Below, in pieces: positions 25,951 through 38,847 of a stretch of 64,000 nt of DNA. Position 1 is the first letter of the stretch. The number at the start of each line of letters is the position of its first letter. The notes under the pieces were generated by a model. The model made no database searches and was not told the origin of the DNA. It was given only the letters and a program-made list of their open reading frames with translations. The position numbers were made by a program, and so were the translations under genes. The DNA comes from Octopus vulgaris (Eukaryota): the NCBI GenBank assembly GCA_951406725.2, contig OX597816.1:64046001-64110000 (forward strand). Reading direction: 5' to 3'.

Positions 25951-27297
25951 AGAATTTTGGGGAAAATTTTAGGTCAAACTTTTCGAAAAATTGTTGGTGA
26001 AAATTTTTGGGGAAAATATTCGGTGAAAATTTTGGAAAAATTGTGGGTGAAAATTTTTGGGGAAAATTTTCGGTGAAAATTTTCGGTGAAAATTTTCGTT
26101 AAATTTTTGGGTGAAACTTTCCGTGTAAATTTTCGAAAAATTGTTAGTGAAAATTTTGGGGGAAAATTTTCGGTGAAAATTTTAGTAAAATTTTTGGAGA
26201 AAATTTTCCGTGAAAATTTTCGGAGAATTTGTCGAAGTAAAATTTTTGGAGAAAATTTTCGGTGAAAATTTTCAAAAATTTTTGGGCAAAATTTTCGAAA
26301 AATTGTTGGTGAAAATTTTGGAGGAAAATTTTCGATGAAAATTTTCGGAAAATTTTTGGGTAAAATTTTCGGTGAAAATTTTCGTTAAATTTTTGTGTAA
26401 AATATTCGGGTAAAATTTTCGAAAAATTTTTGGGTAAAATTTTCGAAAAACTTTTGGGTAAAATTTTCGGTGAAAATTTTCGAAAAATTTTTGGGTAAAA
26501 TTTTTGGGGAAAATTTTCGTTAAATTTTTGGGTAAAATTTTCTGTTCAAATTTTCGAAAAATTTTTGGAAAATTTTCGGTGAAAATTTTAGTAAAATTTT
26601 TGGAGGAAATTTTCCGTGAAAATTTTCGTTAAATTTTTGGTCGAAACTTTCCGTGTAAATTTTCGAAAATTGTTAGTGAAAATTTTCGGTGAAAATTTTA
26701 GTAAAATTTTTGGAGAAAATTTTCCGTGGAAATTTTCGGAAATTTGTCGAAGTAAAATTTTTGGAGAAAATTTTCGGTGAAAATTTTCAAAATTTTGGGC
26801 AAAATTTTCGGTGAAAATTTTCGTTAAATTTTTGTGTAAAATATTCGGGTAAAATTTTCGAAAAATTTTTGGGTAAAATTTTCGAAAACTTTTGGGTAAA
26901 ATTTTCGAAAAACTTTTGGGTAAAATTTTTGGGAAAAATTTTCGTTAAATTTTTGGGGAAAATTTTCGGTGAAAATTTTAGTAAAATTTTTGGAGGAAAT
27001 TTTCCGTGAAAATTTTCGAAAAATTTGTCGAAGTAAAATTTTCGAAAAATTTTTGGGTCTAATTTTCGAAAAACTTTTGGGTAAAATTTTCAGCGAAAAT
27101 TTTCGAAAAAATTTTTTGGGAAAATTTTCGAAAGATCACAAGGACAGCGGTGCCAAAATCACAAAGTATGGATGGCCACCGGTGCCAAAATCACAAAGTA
27201 TTGAAGGCCAGCGGTGCCAAAATTTCACTGAAAATTTTCCCCAAGAGTTTTTGGAAAATTTTTACCGAAAATTTTACCCAAAAGTTATTCGAAAATA
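25951..27297. repeat. ~12-bp GGTGAAAATTTT(C) satellite with a short inverted right arm and a 32-bp-repeat core (foldback-like)
   Basis: Left arm 25951-27132; CGGTGCCAAAAT at 27148, 27180 and 27212; inverted units (CCGAAAATTTTACCC) at 27221-27297. Confidence 0.85.
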
Positions 27298-27312
27298 TGT
27301 ATATATATGTAC

Positions 27313-27349
<37 letters not shown>

Positions 27350-27530
27350 CGAAAATCTGGAGCACCGCCTTTAGTCGACAAATCAACCCGGGACTTATTC
27401 TTTGACTGATTGGGAGAAAGCGCTTCTTCAATCCGAATGATATGATCTGAATGATATGATATATATGTAAAAAATGTAATATATAAATAAATATCTATAA
27501 ATATGAACCATCCGATCTGATTACCTCATT

Positions 27531-27578
<48 letters not shown>

Positions 27579-27599
27579 TATATATGTATATATATGTAC

Positions 27600-27638
<39 letters not shown>

Positions 27639-27766
27639 ATGTATATATATACATATGTATTTTTATATATACATACATATATGTATATATATATGTATGT
27701 ATATATATATATTGTTACATGTTCATTTTTTGTTACTTATTATTGTTGTTGTTGTTGTTATTGTTA

Positions 27767-27807
<41 letters not shown>

Positions 27808-28228
27808 GTTTTGGTTTGTTCTGTTTTATAAAGCCCGATGCCAAAGACGAAGTTTTAATTAATTCTTATTGTCCGAATGTGACTTACTAAAATTAAATTT
27901 TTTATGAAATTCATCATGTGTATTTTGGTGTTTATGTATTTGTTATATTATTTTTACTGGCTGTCGTTTCTTCTGTTGAATGCAGTCTGATAATGATTTC
28001 TTTTTTCTTCGATTTTCGTGATATATAAAGAGCGCAAGAGAAGAAAAATATATTCTGAGTTACAAAATCTGAAAGGATATTAATATATACACACAAACAC
28101 ACAGCCACGCACACACACTTGCAAACACAGAGAGATATAAATACACAGAGACATAAACACATGCACACACACATACAGTTAAATAGATATATGTAATATA
28201 ATATAACATAATATAATTATATATATGT

Positions 28229-28292
<64 letters not shown>

Positions 28293-28431
28293 GTATATAT
28301 ATATATAAATGTATACATATATTAATGTATATATATATGAATGTATATATAAATGTATATACATATGAATGTATATATAAATGTATATACATATGAATGT
28401 ATATATATATATATGTATATATATATAAAAG

Positions 28432-28462
<31 letters not shown>

Positions 28463-28746
28463 GTATATATATACATATATATGTAGGTATAAGGGAAAAT
28501 ATTTAAATATATACCTTTATTCTTTTATTCTTTTATTTGTTTCAGCCATTTGAGGGCGGGTATGCTGCAGCAACACGTTTAGTCAAACAAATCGACCCCA
28601 GGGTTTATTATTATTTGTACCGGTCTATTTTGCCAAGCCGCTAAGTTACGGGGAGGTAAACGCGCCAACATCGGTTGCCAATCGATGATGAGGGACAGAC
28701 AGACGCACAAACATATACTCATTCACTCACAAACATATACGCAAAC

Positions 28747-28824
<78 letters not shown>

Positions 28825-28949
28825 ATTTAGGAATTGTCATTTTGCCAGTTTAGCCAATAGAAACACACACATTATATATTTGGTGTTACTTTGCTCAGCG
28901 TTATTTATCTTTTACATTAATCTTAATCTTATTTCCTAAATACAACAAT

Positions 28950-29629
28950 TAATTAATAAATATATATATATATATATATAAAAAAATAATAATAATAAAA
29001 TAAATAAATAAATAATTTAATTAATTAATAAATATATATATATATAAAAAATGAAAATAAAATAAATAAATAAATTAATTAATTAATATATATATATATA
29101 TAAATAAAAAAAATAAATTAAAATAAAATAAATTAAATAAATAATTAATTAATTAATTAATTAATAAATATATATATATGAAAATTTCTTTTTTTGAATA
29201 AATAAATAACTTAATTTATTAATTAATTAATATATACATATGAAAAAGAATAAAAAATAAATAAATAAATAAATTAATTAATTAATAAATATGTATATAT
29301 ATAGAAAAAATAAAAGTAAAATAAATAAATAAATAAATTAATTAATTAATTAATATATATATAAAAAATAATAAAAAAAGAAAAATAAATTAATTAATTA
29401 ATAAATATATTTATATATATAAAAAAAATAAAAATAAAATAAATGAATAAATAAATTAATCAATCAACTAATAAATATATAAAAAAATAAATAAAATAAA
29501 TAAATAAATTCATTAAGTAATTAATAAATATATATATATATATAAAATAATTAAAAAAATATAAAAATAAAATAAATAAATGAATAAATAAATAAATTAA
29601 TTAATTAATATATATATATATATATATAC

Positions 29630-29660
<31 letters not shown>

Positions 29661-30115
29661 AAATTAATTAAATAATATATATATATATATATAAAAAAAT
29701 AAAAATAAAATAAATAAATAAATAGATTAATTAATTAATTAATAGATATATATATATATATATATATAAAGAAATAAATAAGAATAAATATAAAATAAAT
29801 AAATAATTAAATTAATCAATTAATTTATAAATATATAAAAATAAAAAAAATAATAAATAAATAAATTAATTAATTAATTTATATATATATATATGAAAAG
29901 GAAAAATAAAATAAAGAAATAAATAAATAAATTAATTAAATAATATATATATAAAAAAATAAAAATAAAAATTTTTTTAAATAAAATTAATTAATTAATT
30001 AATTAATAAATATATATATATGAAAAAAAAATGTTTTAAATAAATTTAAATAAATGAATAAATAAATAAATTAATTAATTAATAAAATAATATATAAATA
30101 TAAAAATATAAAAAT

Positions 30116-30120
<5 letters not shown>
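28950..30120. repeat. Almost GC-free minisatellite (AAAATAAATAAATAAATTAATTAATTAAT(AT)n units, ~55-60 bp)
   Basis: Seen directly; a similar unit lies at ~35265-35330. Confidence 0.85.
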
Positions 30121-30155
<35 letters not shown>

Positions 30156-30447
30156 GTATATATAAAATTTATAAGTTTAAATTATTTAAACAATTTTTTA
30201 TATTTAACTTTTATATTTTAAATTAATTTTATGTATTGGTTTATGTTTTTCACTGTTTGATTTGTCTAATAGTGGTTTTATCTCTAATTTAATATAATAT
30301 AATATAATATAATATATTTATACAATAAAATTGGATTCAATCCTAAATCTAATTTTTCCCTGTAAGTTTCGATTTATTCCCTAATATTATTATTATTAAT
30401 ATTGATAAATTACGTATATTGAGTGTAATATCTAAACTTCGTAAACT

Positions 30448-32883
30448 ATGGAATTTACAGGTAAGATAGAACCGCTATTTTGCAATTCATCTTTGAACGA
30501 TATTCCAATACCTTCTAGAAAAGAATATATTTTGAAAATTATTAATAATATTAAGGAGTTTGCTTCTAGAATTAAATGGAAAGCCTACTATTATAACTAT
30601 AATATATCTAATTTTAATGATAGTATGAATGATAATTTTACTTCTAATTTCAAATCCAAAAATGAACCCCCATTTAATTGAGAATTACAAATATTAGAAG
30701 ATAATATTTGGAAGGTGATGAAAAACATTAAATTTCATAAATACCCAAACAGAAATAATGAGTATTTAAGAAATTTAGCAATTAGAATTAAAGAAATGAG
30801 AAATATGGATGGTAGTATTGTACAATCAGATACAACTAGGAATCTCTATAAATTAGATGTCAAATTATATGATAATCTTTTAGAGAAAGAAATAATTAAA
30901 AAATATATAATTGTTCCAGATAGTATACTTTATAATATTAATAAGGCCTCTAAATTAGTAATGATAAACTATGAATTGGATAATAAAACTGAACCTTAGA
31001 ATTACCTATGCACCCTAGAATTACTCTGAAAGACCATAAAGATAATTTTTATTCAGACCCTAAAGTTAGATTAATTTGTCCATGTAAATCTGACCTTGGT
31101 AAATTGAGTAAACTTATTTTAGATAAATATATTAATAAATTAAATAAACTTAATTACTTAAAATTATGGTTTAGTAATAATAATACTTTAAATTGGTTTA
31201 ATAATATTAAAGATAAAAATCGATATAAATTTATTCAAATAGATATAGATAATTACTATTCTTCTATTAATGAAATTGTGTTTAATAAGGCCCTTATTTT
31301 TGCAATGAATAAAGTGGGAATGTCTTTTGAATGGCTAGGAAATCGTTTATAAAATATGAAATAAATTATGGGCTAGGAAAGATACTAGGGACTTTTTTGA
31401 TATACCTACGGGAGCACCTGATTCTGCACAAGCTACGGATTTAGTAGGTATTTATCTTTTATCTGAACTCCAATTAGAAAATTTAAAAATAGAGGGTGGT
31501 TTATATAGGGATGACCTTCTACTAATTACTAAGAATTGCACTAATAGGAACCTAGAAGTATATAAGAAAAAACTTTATAGTTTCTTTAAAAGATATGGTT
31601 TAAGTATTACTATATATAATGAGAATTTTAATGTTAATTATTTACATGTTAATTTTAATCTAATTACGGGTAAAACACAACCATATCATAAACTTAATGA
31701 GAACCTTAGATATATGAATGTTAATAGTAATCGCCCACCATCAATTAAAAAATCGTTGATTAATAATATAAGTAAACGTATATCATTACTGTCTTATGAC
31801 TTAGAGATTTTTAATAAACATGTTCCTTATTTCAATGAGGCCCTTAGAGAGGCAGGTCATTATAGTAATATTAAATTTTTTATTAAAAATAAAGATAAAA
31901 CTATTAATAATAGAGATAAAAATATTAATAATAATTATAATAATTTTGTTAGTAATATTGGTAATAATCTTAGAAATTATAAAAATAAAAATAATATAAA
32001 TAAAAATAAGAATAAAAATAAAAATAAAAATAATAACTTTAATAATCCTTTAAATGTTAATTATAAATTTAAATCTAATAATAATAATAATATGATAAAG
32101 AAATATAATAATAATAATGGTAACAATAATAATGACAGTTTTAATAATAACAAGAAGAAAAGTAAGAATAAAATTTGGTTAGTAGTTCCTTATGGTGCTC
32201 AAGTTAAAACGGACATTATTAAAGAGATTTTAGATATTATTGAACTATTTATTCGAGATAATCGTAAATATAAAAACATTTTCTCTAGTAATAATTTTGG
32301 AGTAGGTTATTCTACCACTAATAGTGTAGGTAACATTATTTCTTCTTTTAACAAATTTAAACTGAATAATTTTTATAAAAATAAATTATATAATAATACC
32401 AATAATAAAAAAGATAAGACACTAATTAACTATACATGTAGAGATAAAACTAAACGCAAATTAAATAATAAATGTGACATTAACGATGTAGTGTATAAAT
32501 GTATAGTTACATTACATGATGAACATAATAAGAATAATAATAACTCAAGCGCGATATATATAGGGTCCACTTCCTCTAAAATAAAATTAAGAATCGCACA
32601 GCATATGCATTCTTTTAAAAATAAAAACTTAATTAACTCCACTTGACTTAGCAAGTACATTTGGGGACTTAAATCCCAAAATATTAATTATGATTTATCC
32701 TGGGAAATAATTAGTAAGGCTAAATCATATAGTATAGGAGATAAGTTTTGTTATTTATGTTCAAATGAGTTTAAAGACATTTTATTTTATAAGCATGTTA
32801 ATTTAGTGAATACCTGGGATGAGCGCAAAATAAAATGCAGACACAAGTTGCTTTACTTATATAACAAATTTCTTGATAAATAA
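30448..32883 (+). pseudogene. PLE RT + GIY-YIG endonuclease ORF, disrupted
   Basis: ITLKDHK..PKVRLI, FIQIDIDNYYSSI, DIPTGAPDSA, GLYRDD (YRDD at 31504-31515), SNRPPSI, an Asn-rich linker, VVY..YIGST..RIAQH, LSKYIW, CYLC and KCRH. In-frame TGA at 30679 and 32644; frameshifts near 31000 and 31330-31365. Confidence 0.92.
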
Positions 32884-33649
32884 TTAATATTTATTAGCCT
32901 TCATTAGCTCCTTATTTGTTGATTTATGTAATAGTATTCTAAATATAGCAAGTGATATGTGGTACTTATTATATTAGTTTATTTTAGTTATTTAGGTTCT
33001 GTTTTTAATTATAGTTAGATTATATATAGTTGTTTATTTTATTACTAAATATTTTATTACTAAATATATTTTTTAATAAATATTTAATGGTTTATTGAAT
33101 ATAGAGTTTGTTAAGTTACAATTTTATTTATCTTTTAATAAAGTTAAGTTTATATATTTTGTTATATTTCTGTTATAATTTTGTTAAATTATAATTTTGT
33201 TATATTAATCTATTTGTATGTAATCTGTTTATATTTGAAATAGATTTATTTAATTGTTTATTTAATCTATTTTATTTTATATAGAAGTATAGATTAGTAA
33301 GATTAAATATTTAGATTAAACTTAACGTTTACCTCTTTTTTTGTATTGTAGTATGAATATAGACATTTATATACGTATTTATTATATGATATATGTGTTT
33401 GGGCGTGTATGTATATATGTGTATGTGTTGATGTGCGTATATATATATGTTTATGTATATACATTTATTTATGTGTCTGTGTGTGTGTGTGGGTGGGTGT
33501 ATATAGGTGTATGTGTATATATTGAGTATTGTATGTATGTACATGTATGTATGTGTGTGCATATGTGTATGTGTGTATGTGTGTGTATATATGTGTGTAT
33601 ATATGTATATGTATGTATGTGTGTATGTATGTGTATATATACGTATATA

Positions 33650-33710
<61 letters not shown>

Positions 33711-35127
33711 GTATGTATATTTATGTATATATGTATACATATGTATTGTTATACTGCAAATTTTGATAAGTATTTTAGAGATTTTGTTTATGATCATTAA
33801 TTTTAGCTTATAATTATAAGAGTATGGGGAAAGACTTTATAGTACGATGAGGGGTTACTATAAAAATTTTTTAATATATTTATTAATCATATAAGATTCT
33901 TAGAATATATTTAATAATTAGTGGTCTTTAATCATTTAAATTATTTAATTTATTTTGTATTAAGTATTATTTATCATAGTTATTTTATTAATAAATCTTA
34001 TAGTATAGAGTGATTTTATTCTTTATTTGTGACTTCATTCTATGTACACTGATAAACCATTAATCTTCATTGATAAAGCGTATTTGTTCCTCACGCTTAA
34101 TGAATTCTTCAACAATTTATTCTTTCTTTGCTAATAACGTAATTCCACGAGTATTCTTATAAACGCTGTAAAGACGTTTTCCTATTCAAATTTTAGTTCA
34201 TTACAAAAGATAAGTATTTATTTATATTTAAGATCTTTAAATTGTAAATTTTAATATTTTATAAGTCTTTGGTGTAATAATATTTTCCTTGTGTAAATAT
34301 TGTAATTTTCTATATTATTAGATATTTTCTATATTATTAGATATTAAATTTAAGTTTATTCGTAAGATACTACTTAGCGATAGATTTATGTTTGATAGCA
34401 AATATACGAGGTATCTAAAGTTAGGCTTTTCTATATACATGCATTAATAGTATTAATTGTAGTTTTAAATTTCTTATAATTAAAATTAGATAAACTTTGA
34501 TAAACTTAGATATGTTTCGACTAAAGTTTGGTCCAGGCCATGTCTAACTTAATAGCATAACTTAGTTATTGTCTTTTAAAATTGATATTCACTAGTTATT
34601 CCCATTGATAATTATATTTATAGTATTTATAGTATTTATTCGATACTATATAACTACGAGTTGATTATTTCTATAAGTATTTTACATAAGATTTCCGAAA
34701 GTTCGCTTAAGTTTGTTTGTTTGTAATTTTTGAAATTAGCTATTTCATCTTTAGATATGAAAAATTAATTTATTAGGTTTTTATTATATGTGCATATATA
34801 TTTATTTATAGAGATTATTTTAGATCTTAATTATAATATTTATATACATTTATATATTTTCATTGATAATTTATATATAATAATTACTTTTTTTTAAATA
34901 TTTATTTAATTAGATGTAGACTATTACCGATATTAAATTATTGGTGGGTTTCCTACCTTATAAATTAAAATTAATATTTAACATTATAATTGATTTTGAT
35001 ATAATCATAATTGTTAAGTTTTAAGTTTCTAGTTTGATAATAGAGTTTATTTTAAGTAAAATTATTATATTATTTATATCTTTAAAATATTGTTTAAATA
35101 TTTCTGATTATTTTAAAAATATTTCAA

Positions 35128-35226
35128 TTAACCTGAAGATTGACTGTAACCATAACTCGAATTATTAATTGAATTTAAATTATTGTTATTCGTATTGGTA
35201 CAGCTATGAAACGATCGTAGTGTTTT
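35128..35226 (+). ncRNA. Degenerate type I hammerhead ribozyme-like motif in the PLE 3' region
   Basis: CTGAAGA (35133-39), extended stem II (CTGTA-ACCA..TGGT-ACAG; CGAAT/ATTCG), GAAA (35208-11), palindromic CGATCG, then a GTA cleavage triplet. Stem I and the stem II closing pair are imperfect. Confidence 0.6.
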
Positions 35227-35592
35227 ACTCTTTATCTTTTATTAAACTTTTAATACTTTTGATATATATGTATTAAAAAAAATAATTAATTAATTAATTA
35301 TTTAATTAATAAATAAAATAATATATAAATATATACATACATACATATATATATATATATTTGTATATATATATAAAATTTATAAGTTTAAATTATTTAA
35401 ATAATTTTTTATTTTTAACTTTTATATTTTAAATTAATTTTATGTATTGGCTTATGTTTTTCACTATTTGATTTGCCTAATAGTGGTTTTATCTCTAATT
35501 TAATATAATATAACATAATATAATATATTTATACTATAAAATTGGATTTAATCCTAAATCTCATTTTCTCCTGTAAGTTTGGATTTATTCCC

Positions 35593-35689
<97 letters not shown>

Positions 35690-36111
35690 ATATATATAAT
35701 TGCGCTAAGAGTAAATGCGCTAAGCAGTGTTTACATATAATTCACAATTTAAGTTAGTTGAAATATGTTTGTCAAATGTTTAACCTGCTGAAGACAAATA
35801 CACGTAAGAGAAAAAAACATTGTCTTATGTTAAAAAGGTTGAAAACACCCAATTCGTTCAGTGTTGCCATCTCTTTGGGAATCTCAGACATCGATGTCTC
35901 GAATGCATTGACTCTTGTCAATGAGATGCCCCCAAGAGAAGCATTCTGAACGAAATGATAAAGCTATAGCTTTTTATATAAATCAGTCTACACATTGACT
36001 GATTTGCTCTAGTAGATAGCCCGATTGTCAAAAATATCGGAGTAAATGCGCTAAGCAGGGCTTACGTATGTATGTATGTATTTATGTATGTATGTATGTA
36101 TGTATGAATGA

Positions 36112-36169
<58 letters not shown>

Positions 36170-36176
36170 ATACAAC

Positions 36177-36576
36177 ATGTCTAGTGAATGTTTCAAAAAA
36201 AGATGGGTGAATGTAGCAAGGATGGCACGTATGAATGATGAAGCCACCTTGAGCATAATCCTATGAACCCGGAAAAATTTAAAACAGAGTTACTTACTTG
36301 CAAATAAATGTATTAACATGTGACATTATTGACTGAGGTTACCGTGGTCGCTTCTGTAGGCTTTTCTTTCCACGAATAACCTTATCTCTTTCCCCCTTTA
36401 CACTTTACATCATGACATTTCTTTGATACACGATCCTTATTGATCGTTTTTTTCTTTCTTTTTTACGATTCCTTCTCATCGAAAACCTACCCCACTTTTT
36501 TTTCTCCCCCAAAAGAAAAGCTCTACTTTGTAATTTGTCCCCTCTGTGTTCAGCCCTGTGTGGCTAATAAAAAAAT
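36177..36576 (+). mobile_element. 3' end of a LINE (L1/Tx1-like, tentative)
   Basis: ECFKKRWVNVARM..SIIL*, then a pyrimidine-rich 3'UTR ending TTGTCCCCTCTGTGTTCAGCCCTGTGTGGCTAATAAAAAAA. Confidence 0.6.
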
Positions 36577-36664
36577 ATATCTATCTCTATATGTATTGTG
36601 TTTTAATGTATGAGTGAATCTGTGTGTTTGTGTGTATGAGAGATAGATAGATAGACAGACAGAC

Positions 36665-36731
<67 letters not shown>

Positions 36732-37599
36732 AAGAGAGAGAGAAAGAGAGAGAGAGAGGGGGTACATATATGTATCATGTCCAAAGTGGTGAATTGTCTG
36801 ATATGGAAAAACATTTAACAGTAGCTTCTTACTCAAATATAAGGCAGGTATTTAATGTCTACTTCTTGCCACCGGTTAAGTTGTTAGATATGCCAGATTT
36901 AATGCGCTCACTTATTAGGTTGTAGTTGAATAATCTTTCTAATCCATTTGAGTTTGATTTTATGCTGCCAGATTAGTTTTCCTTAGTACAGTTTCGGGAA
37001 TAGAACACATCATTTTCTATCTAATGATTTTGTAAGCGAACAATTCAATATTTGTCATTAAAATAACTGTACTCGATAAACTACGTTCCTAAACGCGCCA
37101 ATGCATCCTTCGACTTTTAATCCAGCTACTAGTATTTTATTATTGTCCAGTGGAACTTTTGCCGAACGTAAAAAACGCAGTGATCTATCGTCTGTTTTGC
37201 CTGAACTCTATGACAGCCAGTATGATTGCCCCGTCTTTAACCATACAGCAAACGCACAAATAAAATGTGACTGCCCTGCTCTGATCGTACACAATAGGAA
37301 AGAAATTGCACTGTCCTTCAGATTTAATCTGCAAAAAATATATATAGAACATTCTAGGTGGTACATGTGGACAGCTTATATTCTTCTTCTCTGTAGAGAT
37401 TAGCTAAAGAAGAGAGAAAATTCTATGCTAATGATATTATAATTTCAAGACATTTCACTCACAGTATGCATTTTCATTCATTCACTCTTTCTCACGAGTA
37501 TAATTAACAGTCTCAATACAGAAAACACATAACATTTCTCGACTGAATAAACCCGTATATATCTTTAGAAGTCTTTATTGAGGACTAGGTTCACGGAGT

Positions 37600-38787
37600 A
37601 AAGAGTGGCTCTTCATATCAGCTCACCTGCATTTCTCGTATTAGCACACTTTACCCCATAAACCTAGTCTTTAATAAAGACTCAAGTTCAAATATTGTCT
37701 ATATTGGTGTCCCTATTGACTGAATACTTACCAAACTTTAAATACGCGTTTAGACAGACATTACTGGATATTAAGCAAACGACGCATAGATGTACAAAAT
37801 GATGGAAATCTTGATAGAGAAATACATCTGCAAGTTCAAAGGGCAGCAAAAGCATTTGGTGGCTTGGGGTTATGCGTTTGGTGTCAGCGACATATAGATA
37901 ACAATGCATAGCTAGCTCTTTACAAATCATTTGTCCTACCATCCCTGTTGTATTTTTATAAAACGTGGATTGTTATGAAAGGCATTTCATATTGTTAGAA
38001 CAATTCCACCAAAAATCCCTTCTTCGCATTTTAAAAATTAGAGTTCTTTCACTCCAAACACAGATGTCCTTGCACCTGCATCACCTCAATTAAAGCTATG
38101 ATTTTGAGGAACCAACTGAGGTGGTGTGGCCATATTCGTTCGAATGGTGGATGAACGCATGCCAAAACAGGCTGTTTTATGGTGAGCTTGCAGAGGTGAA
38201 ACGCTATCGGTGTAAGCCTAAAAAACGGTTTAAGAACGGCTTAAGGACTCCTGTGACGTCACTTGGAATGGATCCGGAAGACATGGAAACCCTTGCTTCG
38301 GATCGAGGTGGATGGCGAAAAAAAAGTGTGGAGTGGAGTGAAAGCGTATGAAGAGACAAGGATAACACATGTAAGACTCAAAAGAGATTTAAGGAAGAAT
38401 GTTACGATCGAAAGGGTAAATGACAATGAACCTTTCTGTGTGACCAGTTTGTGACAGACCATGTCTTTCTTCTGCCGAGCTCAAATATCATTTGTGAACA
38501 CATGGAAAACGAACCTCCACCAATTTATTCTACCTATATATCTGTTCACACATTTGAATGCAGCGTATGCCAGAAGGTTTTCAAAACTAACGGAGGCCTC
38601 AAAGACATTTTAAGATCCATATTGATCAGAATTTATCTGCAGCCCTTGGTGGTACAAATCGGATATGCAATCTGTGTGGGTGTCTTTTCAGAACATTGTC
38701 TCGTTTAAAAGTCACATCAGATGCCATAATAGTTCTTAGTTGTAGGTACAGGAGTTGGTGAATCTTTGCACAAGGAGAGGACAACAA

Positions 38788-38790
<3 letters not shown>
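37600..38790 (+). mobile_element. RTE-clade LINE 3' portion with C-terminal C2H2 zinc fingers, degenerate
   Basis: LEQFHQKSLLRIL, QLRWCGH, LFYGEL..KPKKRFK..LASDRGGWR, then FECSVCQKVFKTNGGLK and CAICGCLFRTLSRLKSHIRCH. Confidence 0.85.

Positions 38791-38847
<57 letters not shown>

Larger units (their letters stand above)
30100..35600 (+). mobile_element. Penelope-like retroelement (probably Naiad clade) with direct pseudo-LTR repeats
   Basis: A ~290-bp direct repeat at ~30100-30390 and ~35320-35600 flanks an RT-GIY-YIG ORF and a long AT-rich 3' region. Confidence 0.88.

Noticed and set aside
26969-27409. 146-aa K/F/E-rich ORF
   Set aside because: It is a translation of the satellite.
35700-36062. 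Direct repeat GAGTAAATGCGCTAAGCAG (35709, 36040) around a short ORF
   Set aside because: Probably a DNA-transposon terminal fragment; no diagnostic motif was recognised.
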